DNA of 15,342 bases from Verrucomicrobiota bacterium (lineage in GTDB: Bacteria > Verrucomicrobiota > Verrucomicrobiia > Limisphaerales > Palsa-1400): assembly GCA_049510745.1 (NCBI GenBank), contig JBEKYR010000071.1:1-15342 (forward strand), read 5' to 3'. Shown here piece by piece: positions 5,946 through 14,146 of this stretch (positions within the stretch are counted from its first letter, which is position 1; every line of letters begins with the position of its first letter). The notes below the pieces were generated by a model. It was not told the origin of the DNA, searched no databases, and worked only from the letters and a program-made list of their open reading frames with translations. The translations under genes and the position numbers were made by a program.

Positions 5946-6027
5946 GAGTCACTTGCGCTCGCTGATTTTACAATTTCCACCCGCTCGACATAAACAAAAC
6001 CGGATTCACGGGCATATTCCTAAAAGG

Positions 6028-6056
6028 TCTTTTCCAATTTCAGTTTTTCAGCTTTT
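6028..6056 (-). repeat. CTGAAA junction motif, copy D
   Basis: Minus strand AAAAGCTGAAAAACTGAAATTGGAAAAGA begins 5 nt after the YdcF stop. Confidence 0.7.
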
Positions 6057-6061
6057 GGGTT

Positions 6062-6697
6062 TCAAAAGGGAGACACCCCATACCGCACCCAATAGCCCAG
6101 CAATTTGACGTATTCGGCGCGGAAGTGTACTCCAAACCCGTTCCGGGACCATTGGGCACGGTCCAGACCGGCATAAGAAGGGCGCGAGTAAAATGCAATT
6201 TCAGGAGCAACTTTTTCGAAGCACTTCAGCGCCCGGCGGGAATGATACCACGATGTGACAATAATAACCCGCTTTGCTCCCATGCGTTTCAGAATTGGAA
6301 GACAGTATTTGGCATTTTCCATTGTATTGCGCGATTCGGTTTCAAGTTGGATGGCGCTTTCCGGGACGCCGCCGGTGAGAAGAATCTGTCGGTATATCTC
6401 TCTGCCGCTGGCAACGATATTCGATGCGCATCCTTGCCGGAACAAAGCCGCGGCGTGCTCCGGCCGCCCGTTCGTATCCCCGCCCAGAACCACGATGACA
6501 TCCGCCTTGATCGGCCCGGTGTCAATGCAGAGCAATTGCGGCGAAAACCAATATGCTCCGAGACATGACAGGGCCAGTCCCAAGATGACTGCCAAAGCGA
6601 TAATTTTCCTTCGATTTGCCTTTCGGCGACTCGGAAGAACCTCAGGATGCTCAGTTTGTGGGTCCTGTGGATTCGAAGGGGCAGGCTCGTCATTCAT
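6062..6697 (-). CDS. YdcF/ElyC/SanA family protein (DUF218)
   Basis: N-terminal TM anchor; ADVIVVLGG, GVPESAIQLETESRNTMENA, IIVTSWYHSRRA, EYVKLLGY. ATGA overlap with the upstream gene. Confidence 0.92.
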   Translation of the reverse strand: MNDEPAPSNPQDPQTEHPEVLPSRRKANRRKIIALAVILGLALSCLGAYWFSPQLLCIDTGPIKADVIVVLGGDTNGRPEHAAALFRQGCASNIVASGREIYRQILLTGGVPESAIQLETESRNTMENAKYCLPILKRMGAKRVIIVTSWYHSRRALKCFEKVAPEIAFYSRPSYAGLDRAQWSRNGFGVHFRAEYVKLLGYWVRYGVSPF

Positions 6698-7992
6698 TGG
6701 TCTATTGCTGATACCTCGGAAGTTGTTGTAACAATGTTCGAGACATCCAGCACATGCATCTGCCGATGGCCATCGTCGGCGGAATCAATGCAGATTCGTT
6801 TTCCATCGGTGCTCCAACGCGGATGCAGGTCGCACCGGACCGCATCTTCCAGTTCGGGAGGTGAGGTCGCCCAAGCGACCTCAAACGCTTCGCCCGTCTC
6901 CCACTTGTAGAGCATGAGGCACGTCCGCCGGCTGCGATCCGGGTAGGTGTCCGTCACCATCCATTTGCGATCCGGTGAAAACGAACAGTGACCGTCGCTG
7001 GACAAAAGCGGATGCGAAAGAACCTGTTTCGTGCCCAAGCGATCATTCAAGACGAGATAATGGTCCTTGAGGAGCCGCTGCTTCAGGAAACGCGGCTTGC
7101 CCAAGGCCCGGTAAACGAACCGGAGCATTTGCCCCACAGGCAACTTCCGGGCAGCACCATGGACGGTTGAATCCAGCAGTTTTCGTTCACCGGCCCAAAT
7201 GACCAATTCGTCTTCCGTGCGCCAGTCGAAGTGCGACGCCATTCCACCGAGCAACACCCGCAGGCCAGATCCGTCGCGGTTACAAGTCAGCAGGCGCGTG
7301 TAGGTTGTTCCGGCGGGGTTCCTAAAACGGTGGAGAAAACAAAAGCGGTGGTCGGAAGGATTGAACAGGAGGTGATTGAACCAGTGGAACGCGCCCGGCA
7401 CGTCGCCGTGTTCACCGAACGAAGCTACATCCCGCATTGATAAAAGCAACCGCGCCCGTCCGGTCTCCAAGTCCACGGTCCAGATGCCATCGCCAGATGG
7501 ACACGCCTCTTGGGCGAAAGCGTCCTCCACACCAGCATAACCGTAGCCCGCACTGGCCAAGTTCAAGCGGCCAAAATTCACGCCCAAAGCCGTGCGCCCG
7601 TCGTGAGAAAGCGTCGCAATGGGACCTTCAAGCGTCCGTTGCCGACCGGAATCCAGATCAAGGACGACTCCAATCGCCCTCGTGCCAGAACGGTCGTTAA
7701 ACACAATCTGACGCCCCCTGCCTGGCACCCATTGCAACATGGCCCCCTGCTGGAAATTCCAAGCTCGGCTTTCCCCGACCTGGGTGAAGCCGCCGCCAGA
7801 TTGCAGATCCATGTAACCAATGCCCGCCACATCGTCCGGGCCGGGCAGTTGGTCGTGCCGCGCCGTTTCGTGCGCCAACACAAGATCCGAACCGGGCAAT
7901 GCCAGCCAAGGTGACTTGTCGAAATACCCAAAGAAGTGAAAACGCGGCCCCCTGGTAATCGCCTGCGCCTTGATTCGATGTGCCAGTTTCAA
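6694..7992 (-). CDS. Beta-propeller protein (TolB-like / oligogalacturonate-lyase-like), polysaccharide-locus associated
   Basis: HFFGYFDKSPW, AWNFQQGAMLQW, HWFNHLLFNPS, DGHCSFSPD.KWMVTDTYPD, RCDLHPRWS.DG. TTGA overlap with the GT2 gene. Confidence 0.8.
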   Translation of the reverse strand: MKLAHRIKAQAITRGPRFHFFGYFDKSPWLALPGSDLVLAHETARHDQLPGPDDVAGIGYMDLQSGGGFTQVGESRAWNFQQGAMLQWVPGRGRQIVFNDRSGTRAIGVVLDLDSGRQRTLEGPIATLSHDGRTALGVNFGRLNLASAGYGYAGVEDAFAQEACPSGDGIWTVDLETGRARLLLSMRDVASFGEHGDVPGAFHWFNHLLFNPSDHRFCFLHRFRNPAGTTYTRLLTCNRDGSGLRVLLGGMASHFDWRTEDELVIWAGERKLLDSTVHGAARKLPVGQMLRFVYRALGKPRFLKQRLLKDHYLVLNDRLGTKQVLSHPLLSSDGHCSFSPDRKWMVTDTYPDRSRRTCLMLYKWETGEAFEVAWATSPPELEDAVRCDLHPRWSTDGKRICIDSADDGHRQMHVLDVSNIVTTTSEVSAIDQ

Positions 7993-8816
7993 AATCGCTT
8001 CTCCTTTGTCAGCGCCTCCCGCACCTTCAGGGCGATCTGGTATTCATAGCAGGATTGCAGCAGGCAGTAATGGAACCCGGGCATTCCGTCCAACAAACCA
8101 AGCCGGGCAAAATACATGTAGAAAAACTTCATGAGCGGACGGGCGGGCATTCGAAACGACAGCTTCTTGAGCGCTTGCCGCCGGGTCGCTGGATCGCGGT
8201 GCCACAGATTAGCCCACCGAAACGTCCGGTTCTCCAGTTCTTTCAAGGTCTCCACGGCTTCGTAGGACGAGTATTTGTTGTGCTTGGCAAACCAGTCGGT
8301 CATACCCTTCCGGAATGAGTAGTGGAGAAAATGGCCGGCGAGTTTGCCCTCGGGACCATCAACGATGGCCAACGGATTCGCACCGCGCTCCCACCGAATG
8401 CGATCCGGCTTGAACAAACGAGGCACCCACGTGGGATACATGCTGCTGTGACGCAGGAACCGTCCCATAAACATATTCTTGAACCGCACGCGAAACAACA
8501 CCTCGGGCCGGCTGGCATCGCTCGTCACCCGCAGGATTTCCTCCCGCAGCTCGTCCGTCACCACTTCGTCCGCATCGGAATAGTAAACCCATGGATACTT
8601 GAACTTGATGTTCTCGACGGCCCAGTTCTGGTTTGCCGCGCGGCCCTCATATTTGCGTTGATACCAGCGGGCGCCTGCTTGGCGGCCGATCTCCTCAGTC
8701 CGATCCGTGCTGAACGAATCCAGCACCACAATGTCATCGGAGAAGTCAAGGTGTTTCAGGCAAAGCGGGAGGTTCTCCTCCTCGTTTAACGTCTGGATGA
8801 AAAGAGATACGCTCAC
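7989..8816 (-). CDS. Glycosyltransferase family 2 (beta-1,4-glucosyltransferase-like)
   Basis: TLNEEENLPLCL, VVLDSFSTDRT, QNWAVEN, DADE (DxD motif), KHNKYSSYEA, GLLDGMPG. GTGA overlap with the upstream gene. Confidence 0.93.
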   Translation of the reverse strand: MSVSLFIQTLNEEENLPLCLKHLDFSDDIVVLDSFSTDRTEEIGRQAGARWYQRKYEGRAANQNWAVENIKFKYPWVYYSDADEVVTDELREEILRVTSDASRPEVLFRVRFKNMFMGRFLRHSSMYPTWVPRLFKPDRIRWERGANPLAIVDGPEGKLAGHFLHYSFRKGMTDWFAKHNKYSSYEAVETLKELENRTFRWANLWHRDPATRRQALKKLSFRMPARPLMKFFYMYFARLGLLDGMPGFHYCLLQSCYEYQIALKVREALTKEKRF

Positions 8817-9424
8817 GTCGCTGGACCGGTAATAGCCGGATTCTCACCGCCTGAGGAGCGAATCACCCGAGGGCGGACCGGCTTGGCCGGCGAACCTACG
8901 GCAACCTGCCACGCGGGAATATCCGAAAACACGCTGGAGCGGGCCCCCACCACCGCCCCTTGATGAATCGTCACCCCCGGCCCGACAAAGACATCCGCCG
9001 CAACCCATACTTGGTCTTCAATCGTTATGGGCTTAGGCACGAGCGGAAAGCGAGGATGCTCGAAATCGTGAGTTGCGGCGCAAAGGTATGAGTACTGCGA
9101 AACGGTAGTATGTGCGCCGATACGAATTGGCGCCACGCAATAGCAGTCCACACGCGGCGCCAGCGTCGCTTCCTCGTCCATGGTCAAGTTCCACGGGGCC
9201 CAAATCACGACGCTGTTATGCACCTTCGCTGTCGGGGCCATGTGGGCGCCAAACAACCGGAGCAGGAAACGCCGCCACGCCAGACAGGGCCGCGGCGAGG
9301 GACGGAAAAGCAGGGTCCAGACAAACAGCCAGGCCAGCCGCATCAACCGGTTCGCCTTCCCGTGCGGACTCGGCTTTCTGCTAATATCCACTTTCGACAT
9401 GTTCGTCATCGGCTCCAACTCCAC
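8813..9424 (-). CDS. wcaF: WcaF-like hexapeptide-repeat O-acetyltransferase
   Basis: LFRPSPR..WRRFLLRLFGA, IWAPWNL, VSQYSYLCAATHD, GAVVGARSSVFSDIPAW.VAVGSPAKP. The start may be a downstream ATG (9409 or 9400). Confidence 0.88.
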   Translation of the reverse strand: MELEPMTNMSKVDISRKPSPHGKANRLMRLAWLFVWTLLFRPSPRPCLAWRRFLLRLFGAHMAPTAKVHNSVVIWAPWNLTMDEEATLAPRVDCYCVAPIRIGAHTTVSQYSYLCAATHDFEHPRFPLVPKPITIEDQVWVAADVFVGPGVTIHQGAVVGARSSVFSDIPAWQVAVGSPAKPVRPRVIRSSGGENPAITGPAT

Positions 9425-9439
9425 ACACTCATCACCTGA

Positions 9440-10627
9440 CTATAGCACAACGTCGGCAGGCTTGTCCCCTTCACCGAGCAGCCACAGGTAAACCGCCTCC
9501 ATCCGTTCCGCGACCCTCGCCCAGGAATAACCGGATCGAACCAATTCCAGTCCTGCCCCACCCATGCTCCGCCGCCCGTCCACGTTCATCGCCATTATTT
9601 GGAGCAGCGCGCCTGCCAGAGCCTCTGCTGTTGGTGGGGCTTCGATTCCGCCACCCATCCGGGCAAGTTCGGGAAAATTGCAACCGGGAGTTAAAACCAC
9701 AGGAACAGCATGGGCGCAAGCCTCAAGCACCGCCATGGAAAAACCTTCGCTCAGGCTGGGCAATACAAAGCAGTCCGCAGCACTCAACAAGTCGCTCTTC
9801 ACCGTCCCATAGATACCGCCCAGAAAACTCACCTTTTCCGCAATCCGCAGTTCGGCCGCCTGTTTCTGAAGTGCCTGCACATAACCGGCATCTCCTTCGC
9901 CTGCGATGCCGAGAAGCCAACCCTCCGCATCGGGTTTTCCGCCGAGGCTTGCCCAAGCTTGCAATAGGACGGGAAGATTCTTCTTTGGATGCAAACGTGA
10001 CAGAAACAGGCACAGCCGCTTTTCCCTCAATTGGGGAAACTGGTTCCCGGTCCTTTCTCGTCCTGCCTGGAGTGGATCGCCGGGCAAATCAGTCCCATTT
10101 GGAATAACCGCCACGGGCTGGCGCAATCCTTCGCCGCGAATTTCAGACAACTCTTGCGCCGTCAACGCATGAAAAAGAGCGCAACGCTTCAGGTAACGAT
10201 CCACCACGAATGACCGGAGCAACCGCTTCCTGGCGCCGCCACGCTTCATGGCCCAGGGTTGAAACATGCCGCGCGGAGAAACCACCACCGGACAGCCTGC
10301 CTGATGCGCCGCTTTGGCGGCAGCCCACTGAGGATGCATCCAGATGCCGTGGCAATGTATCACCGCCTTCCCTTGGGCTGTGATCCGCACATACCGCGCC
10401 AGCGATGGCGTTATGCGAAATTTATTCGGACCAACAAAGCGCAGGGTTCTCAACGAGAATCCATTCTTCAGGCCGTCGAATGGCTGCTCGCCAAGTTCGG
10501 CGGGAATGATGAGATGGATTGTTGCGTTACCGCGGTTGGCCAATGCCGAACAAAGCTTCGGTACACTTACCGAAGGCCCCCCGTATGCCGACCCAATACT
10601 GCCCAAAGTGTGGATGACGTGTGTCAT
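9440..10627 (-). CDS. Glycosyltransferase family 4
   Basis: GGPSVSV, IHCHGIW, SPRGMFQPW, IPNG, LFLSRLHPKKN, FVLPSLSEGFSMAVLEA (EX7E motif). Confidence 0.94.
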   Translation of the reverse strand: MTHVIHTLGSIGSAYGGPSVSVPKLCSALANRGNATIHLIIPAELGEQPFDGLKNGFSLRTLRFVGPNKFRITPSLARYVRITAQGKAVIHCHGIWMHPQWAAAKAAHQAGCPVVVSPRGMFQPWAMKRGGARKRLLRSFVVDRYLKRCALFHALTAQELSEIRGEGLRQPVAVIPNGTDLPGDPLQAGRERTGNQFPQLREKRLCLFLSRLHPKKNLPVLLQAWASLGGKPDAEGWLLGIAGEGDAGYVQALQKQAAELRIAEKVSFLGGIYGTVKSDLLSAADCFVLPSLSEGFSMAVLEACAHAVPVVLTPGCNFPELARMGGGIEAPPTAEALAGALLQIMAMNVDGRRSMGGAGLELVRSGYSWARVAERMEAVYLWLLGEGDKPADVVL

Positions 10628-10785
10628 GTTTGTGCCCCGAATGGCCGCTGAATTTCACGCAAACATCGGGCTCGATTTCCTGCCCACAACATTGCGGGAG
10701 GCATGCCTTTTGTTAGCCTCAGCCCGCCCTGGAAGATTGCTCTTGAATGTTTGGCATGGTGATTCTTCGATGCTTGCGAATCCGC

Positions 10786-11616
10786 TCAGGCAACGGGACC
10801 AACCTCCGTTTTCTGGAACAGTGCGACCCAGGTGTTTGCCAGAAGTGGCGCGAAAGGATACGCCCGCTCTCCTGGGATGCGGCGCAATAGTCGAATCGGC
10901 GGAAAACAAACGCCTCCAATCAATGTGGCGGGAAAAGTGAACCGCGCCTCCACGCAAAACATCCTGTTTTTGCCCATCACTGCCCTAACCCGGGCCAAAG
11001 ACATTGGCCGGTGGGCGGCGGGCGCCACCTGAGAACGGCGCATGCGCAGCAGCCATCGGGCGCAGCGCTCCGGCCAGACAAAAGGGGAAATCACGTTGGG
11101 CATCGAGAGCAAGAAGTAGCCGCCCGGCCGAATGCCAGAACCCAAGCGCGCAATTGAGCCGGGCACGTCGCGCAAGAACTCCAAACAGCCCAGCGCACAG
11201 ACGGCTGCGAAATGCGCCGGCGCGAGTTCATAACTGTTGAGGTCTGCGCATAGGAAGCAGACCTTGTTTGCAGCGTGTTGGCGACCGGCCAGCTTCTGTT
11301 CGGTCAATCGAAGCATCTCCGCCGAGTAATCCACGGCGGTGACATCGAAGCCGCGGCTGAGGAGTTCGGCGGTGAGTTGGCCCGCGCCGCAACCGAGATC
11401 TGCGACCGGACCGCCGCCCGGCTGCAAGTGCCGATCCAGCAATTCAAGCGCGCAAGCCAGACGGCGGCGGTACAACAGACCCTTCCCGGATTCCTGGCCA
11501 CCGTAATAGCTGTCCCAGGAAGCCGCCTCGGCGCGGCTGTACGGTTCAGGATGAACAGGGGGCATCAAAATCAACCTTGATATGCGATCGTGAGGAACAA
11601 ACGCATTAATGGCCAC
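10786..11616 (-). CDS. Class I SAM-dependent methyltransferase
   Basis: Motif I VADLGCGAG, VTAVDYSAEML, FAAVCALGCLEFL, IRPGGYFLLSMPN. Start uncertain. Confidence 0.88.
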   Translation of the reverse strand: MAINAFVPHDRISRLILMPPVHPEPYSRAEAASWDSYYGGQESGKGLLYRRRLACALELLDRHLQPGGGPVADLGCGAGQLTAELLSRGFDVTAVDYSAEMLRLTEQKLAGRQHAANKVCFLCADLNSYELAPAHFAAVCALGCLEFLRDVPGSIARLGSGIRPGGYFLLSMPNVISPFVWPERCARWLLRMRRSQVAPAAHRPMSLARVRAVMGKNRMFCVEARFTFPATLIGGVCFPPIRLLRRIPGERAYPFAPLLANTWVALFQKTEVGPVA

Positions 11617-11682
11617 ACTTTACGGTTCGCCACAAGGAGCTTCCTTCGCTACGACCCAGGCCTTGTCAACGGGAATTGGCCG

Positions 11683-14091
11683 TCACCACACGTCCGGATA
11701 AATTGCGGCGCCACTTGCCACAACGGCTCGGCTACGGGCACCACGCGGCCATACGCCAGAAGTGTAAACAAGCACGAAACCAAACGGATCGCTGTCGCCA
11801 ATCCACCCCAAGTCGGCTCCATTGGCATCAACATTTCCACTGGCTATCGGAAACCAGTTGGTGTCCAAGGCGGCGTTGGCGATGATGTCGCTGGCCGATG
11901 TCGTGTATCCTGTAATAGCCGGACCGAGGGTGTTGTTGCCTTCCTTCATAATCGCATCCGCCCCAGCCGAAAAGTTGACGGAAGTGGAGTTTGATGCGAA
12001 AGCGTTGTTTGTCAGAAGACACGCATAATTGGTCAAAACGTCATAGACACCTGTATTGCCAGAAACGATGGTGTTGTTTAAGAAAGAGATCGGAAAAATG
12101 TTGGTGTCTGTATAGGTGTCAATACGGACAGCACGATAAAAGCCCTGGCACACATTACCGATGAAATCACCGCCGCTCGATGGCGACCAGAACGCCGAAC
12201 CACCCCCATCTATCGAAAGAAACCGATTATGGCCGACAATAATCGGTGTGCAAATCAAAAGGCCCTCAGTCGTGTAACTGTTGGTCAAGGTGTATGAATT
12301 GAACAAGTGATAAGTGATTCCCTGGACAAGAGCTTCTGTATTAATGGCCGATCTTCCGCTATTCCAAGTGCATCCAAACAAACTACCTAACTGCATAGAA
12401 GCGCTAGAGGCACCGCCGATGATTTGCGTGAAGAAGCAAAAGACGTTCGCGCCGTAGCCGCCATTGATGGCGTTCGCGGCTGCGTTGACCAGGCTTCCGC
12501 CATAAACCTCCGGAAACACGTCGTAAAGCGCCATCAGCAGATCCCCGGACACAGGTGTCACGGTGTTCATGTTGGTACAATCAATAATGCGGATACGCGT
12601 GCCTGCGTTGGTTGATCCCGCCGTTTGTTCTCCTGAGAATGACAATTGCCTCCCGGCGCTGCCATCGAACTGGCAGTTCAGAAAATTGACAACATTGGTG
12701 ATTCCATCCTTCTGGTCGTTGAAGAAATACACGTTGCCCTCGCCGTCAGTATCAACAGGCCCTGCGCCGAAGAAACGGCAGTTCTGAAACTGCCACCAGC
12801 CGCCCCAAATCCGCATATAGTTGCTTGAGCCGCCGGTGAAGTTCCAGGAGAGATTCACGAACGTCGCCGGATTCATCCACGCATGGCTGAACTGGTAAGG
12901 TGCCAGATAAAACCTCCAGCCTCCGGTATTGGTGGTGGCGCCCACAAAGACGCAGTTCGTTGGGTTTCCACTCTCGCCATAGAACGTGATCCCCTCCGCC
13001 CCGGCATGTCCAGCAATTTCGTTTGAGGCAAAAGAGTAGTGGGTCAGATTTGTCGCTATGGCATACGTGCCATCCGCCAGTACAATTTCATCGCCTGACA
13101 CCGCGTTACTAATCGCCGTCATGAAGCTCGCCGTGTTCGTAACATTGTACTGCTTCCCAATGACTGACCATGAGAGCGACATGGAATGATTAATGCCTCC
13201 GATCGATGACCCCAGCGGAGCAATGACTGAAACCGGGGTCCCGCCGTAGTTCGCCAGCGCGATGGAACGATAGTTGCAGCGAATGGTGGTGGTGGCGTTG
13301 GACTGCAGGATCAAGAACTGAACCGGACTCCATTGCGTGCCATCAAACTGTGCAATAAACACGGTTTGCTCGTTAGTTGCGACAATGGAAAAACAACTGG
13401 AGTTGGACGGCAAAATAACGTGGGGCGCCACGGGCTGCCACAAAGGCGGTCCGGCCGTGTCGCAAAAAGCCAAGTTGGTAACGCCATTGGGAATCTCGGT
13501 AGTGTCGGGCACATAGAGCGGCGCGACTGTCAACGGCCGGCCATTTGACGTACCTAGGGCCACGGGATTTGTGCCTGTGTAGAGGATGCGGGCCTGCCAG
13601 CGATACACCTGAACGGTCTGCACACTGTTAGTACCCACTTTCACATATATGTCAAAATATGGTTCGCTGGCCGGTTGGGTCCCCGTCCAAATCCGCAGGG
13701 CATTGCAGGGCGAAGCGACTGTGATGGTAGGCACCGATGGGGTGGTTGTGGCCGCAGTCGTCACCACGCTGATAACTGGCGACGGGTTCGTTTGATAGCA
13801 GCGGTAAAAACGCTGCCCGGCCCCCGCCAAACTCGGATCGGAGAAAGACATCGCGTTGCTCCAGACCAAGTTGTTACTAATTACCGTCCAGTCCATCAGG
13901 TTGGTCGAAGCCTCCACCTCTACCGGCAGCCCCGGCGCAAGATTGGTGATGATGCACTCGAACGAACCGTCCGGCCCCACCGCTGGGCTGGCCAGAACAG
14001 GAGGTCCCACAGGTTGAGCACTCGCCCGGAGGCAAAGCATGATTATCCAGAGGACTCCCAGGTTGAGGATTTGATTCAATCGTTCTTTCAT
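11683..14091 (-). CDS. Secreted 802-aa protein with a parallel beta-helix region and an N-terminal STNL...RFYR module
   Basis: Signal peptide ending ASA-Q; Thr/Pro linker; AISNAVSGDEIVLADGTY beta-helix cap; Asn-ladder repeats (FQNCRF, FLNCQF, FIGNVC, FLNNTI, LTNNAF). Confidence 0.82.
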   Translation of the reverse strand: MKERLNQILNLGVLWIIMLCLRASAQPVGPPVLASPAVGPDGSFECIITNLAPGLPVEVEASTNLMDWTVISNNLVWSNAMSFSDPSLAGAGQRFYRCYQTNPSPVISVVTTAATTTPSVPTITVASPCNALRIWTGTQPASEPYFDIYVKVGTNSVQTVQVYRWQARILYTGTNPVALGTSNGRPLTVAPLYVPDTTEIPNGVTNLAFCDTAGPPLWQPVAPHVILPSNSSCFSIVATNEQTVFIAQFDGTQWSPVQFLILQSNATTTIRCNYRSIALANYGGTPVSVIAPLGSSIGGINHSMSLSWSVIGKQYNVTNTASFMTAISNAVSGDEIVLADGTYAIATNLTHYSFASNEIAGHAGAEGITFYGESGNPTNCVFVGATTNTGGWRFYLAPYQFSHAWMNPATFVNLSWNFTGGSSNYMRIWGGWWQFQNCRFFGAGPVDTDGEGNVYFFNDQKDGITNVVNFLNCQFDGSAGRQLSFSGEQTAGSTNAGTRIRIIDCTNMNTVTPVSGDLLMALYDVFPEVYGGSLVNAAANAINGGYGANVFCFFTQIIGGASSASMQLGSLFGCTWNSGRSAINTEALVQGITYHLFNSYTLTNSYTTEGLLICTPIIVGHNRFLSIDGGGSAFWSPSSGGDFIGNVCQGFYRAVRIDTYTDTNIFPISFLNNTIVSGNTGVYDVLTNYACLLTNNAFASNSTSVNFSAGADAIMKEGNNTLGPAITGYTTSASDIIANAALDTNWFPIASGNVDANGADLGWIGDSDPFGFVLVYTSGVWPRGARSRAVVASGAAIYPDVW

Positions 14092-14146
14092 AGGCGTGTT
14101 AAGGCGATGTTCTTGGTTTCGGTATCAGAGTGGGACTATCTCGCGC

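Noticed and set aside
5946..6027. Sigma70 promoter for the O-antigen ligase gene
   Set aside because: A TAAAAT hexamer is present on the minus strand, but there is no convincing -35 or extended -10 element.
10628..10785. Structured RNA in the methyltransferase-GT4 intergenic gap
   Set aside because: Only a weak 8/9 inverted repeat (ATGTTTGTG/CGCAAACAT) near the GT4 start; no recognisable riboswitch, tRNA or terminator.
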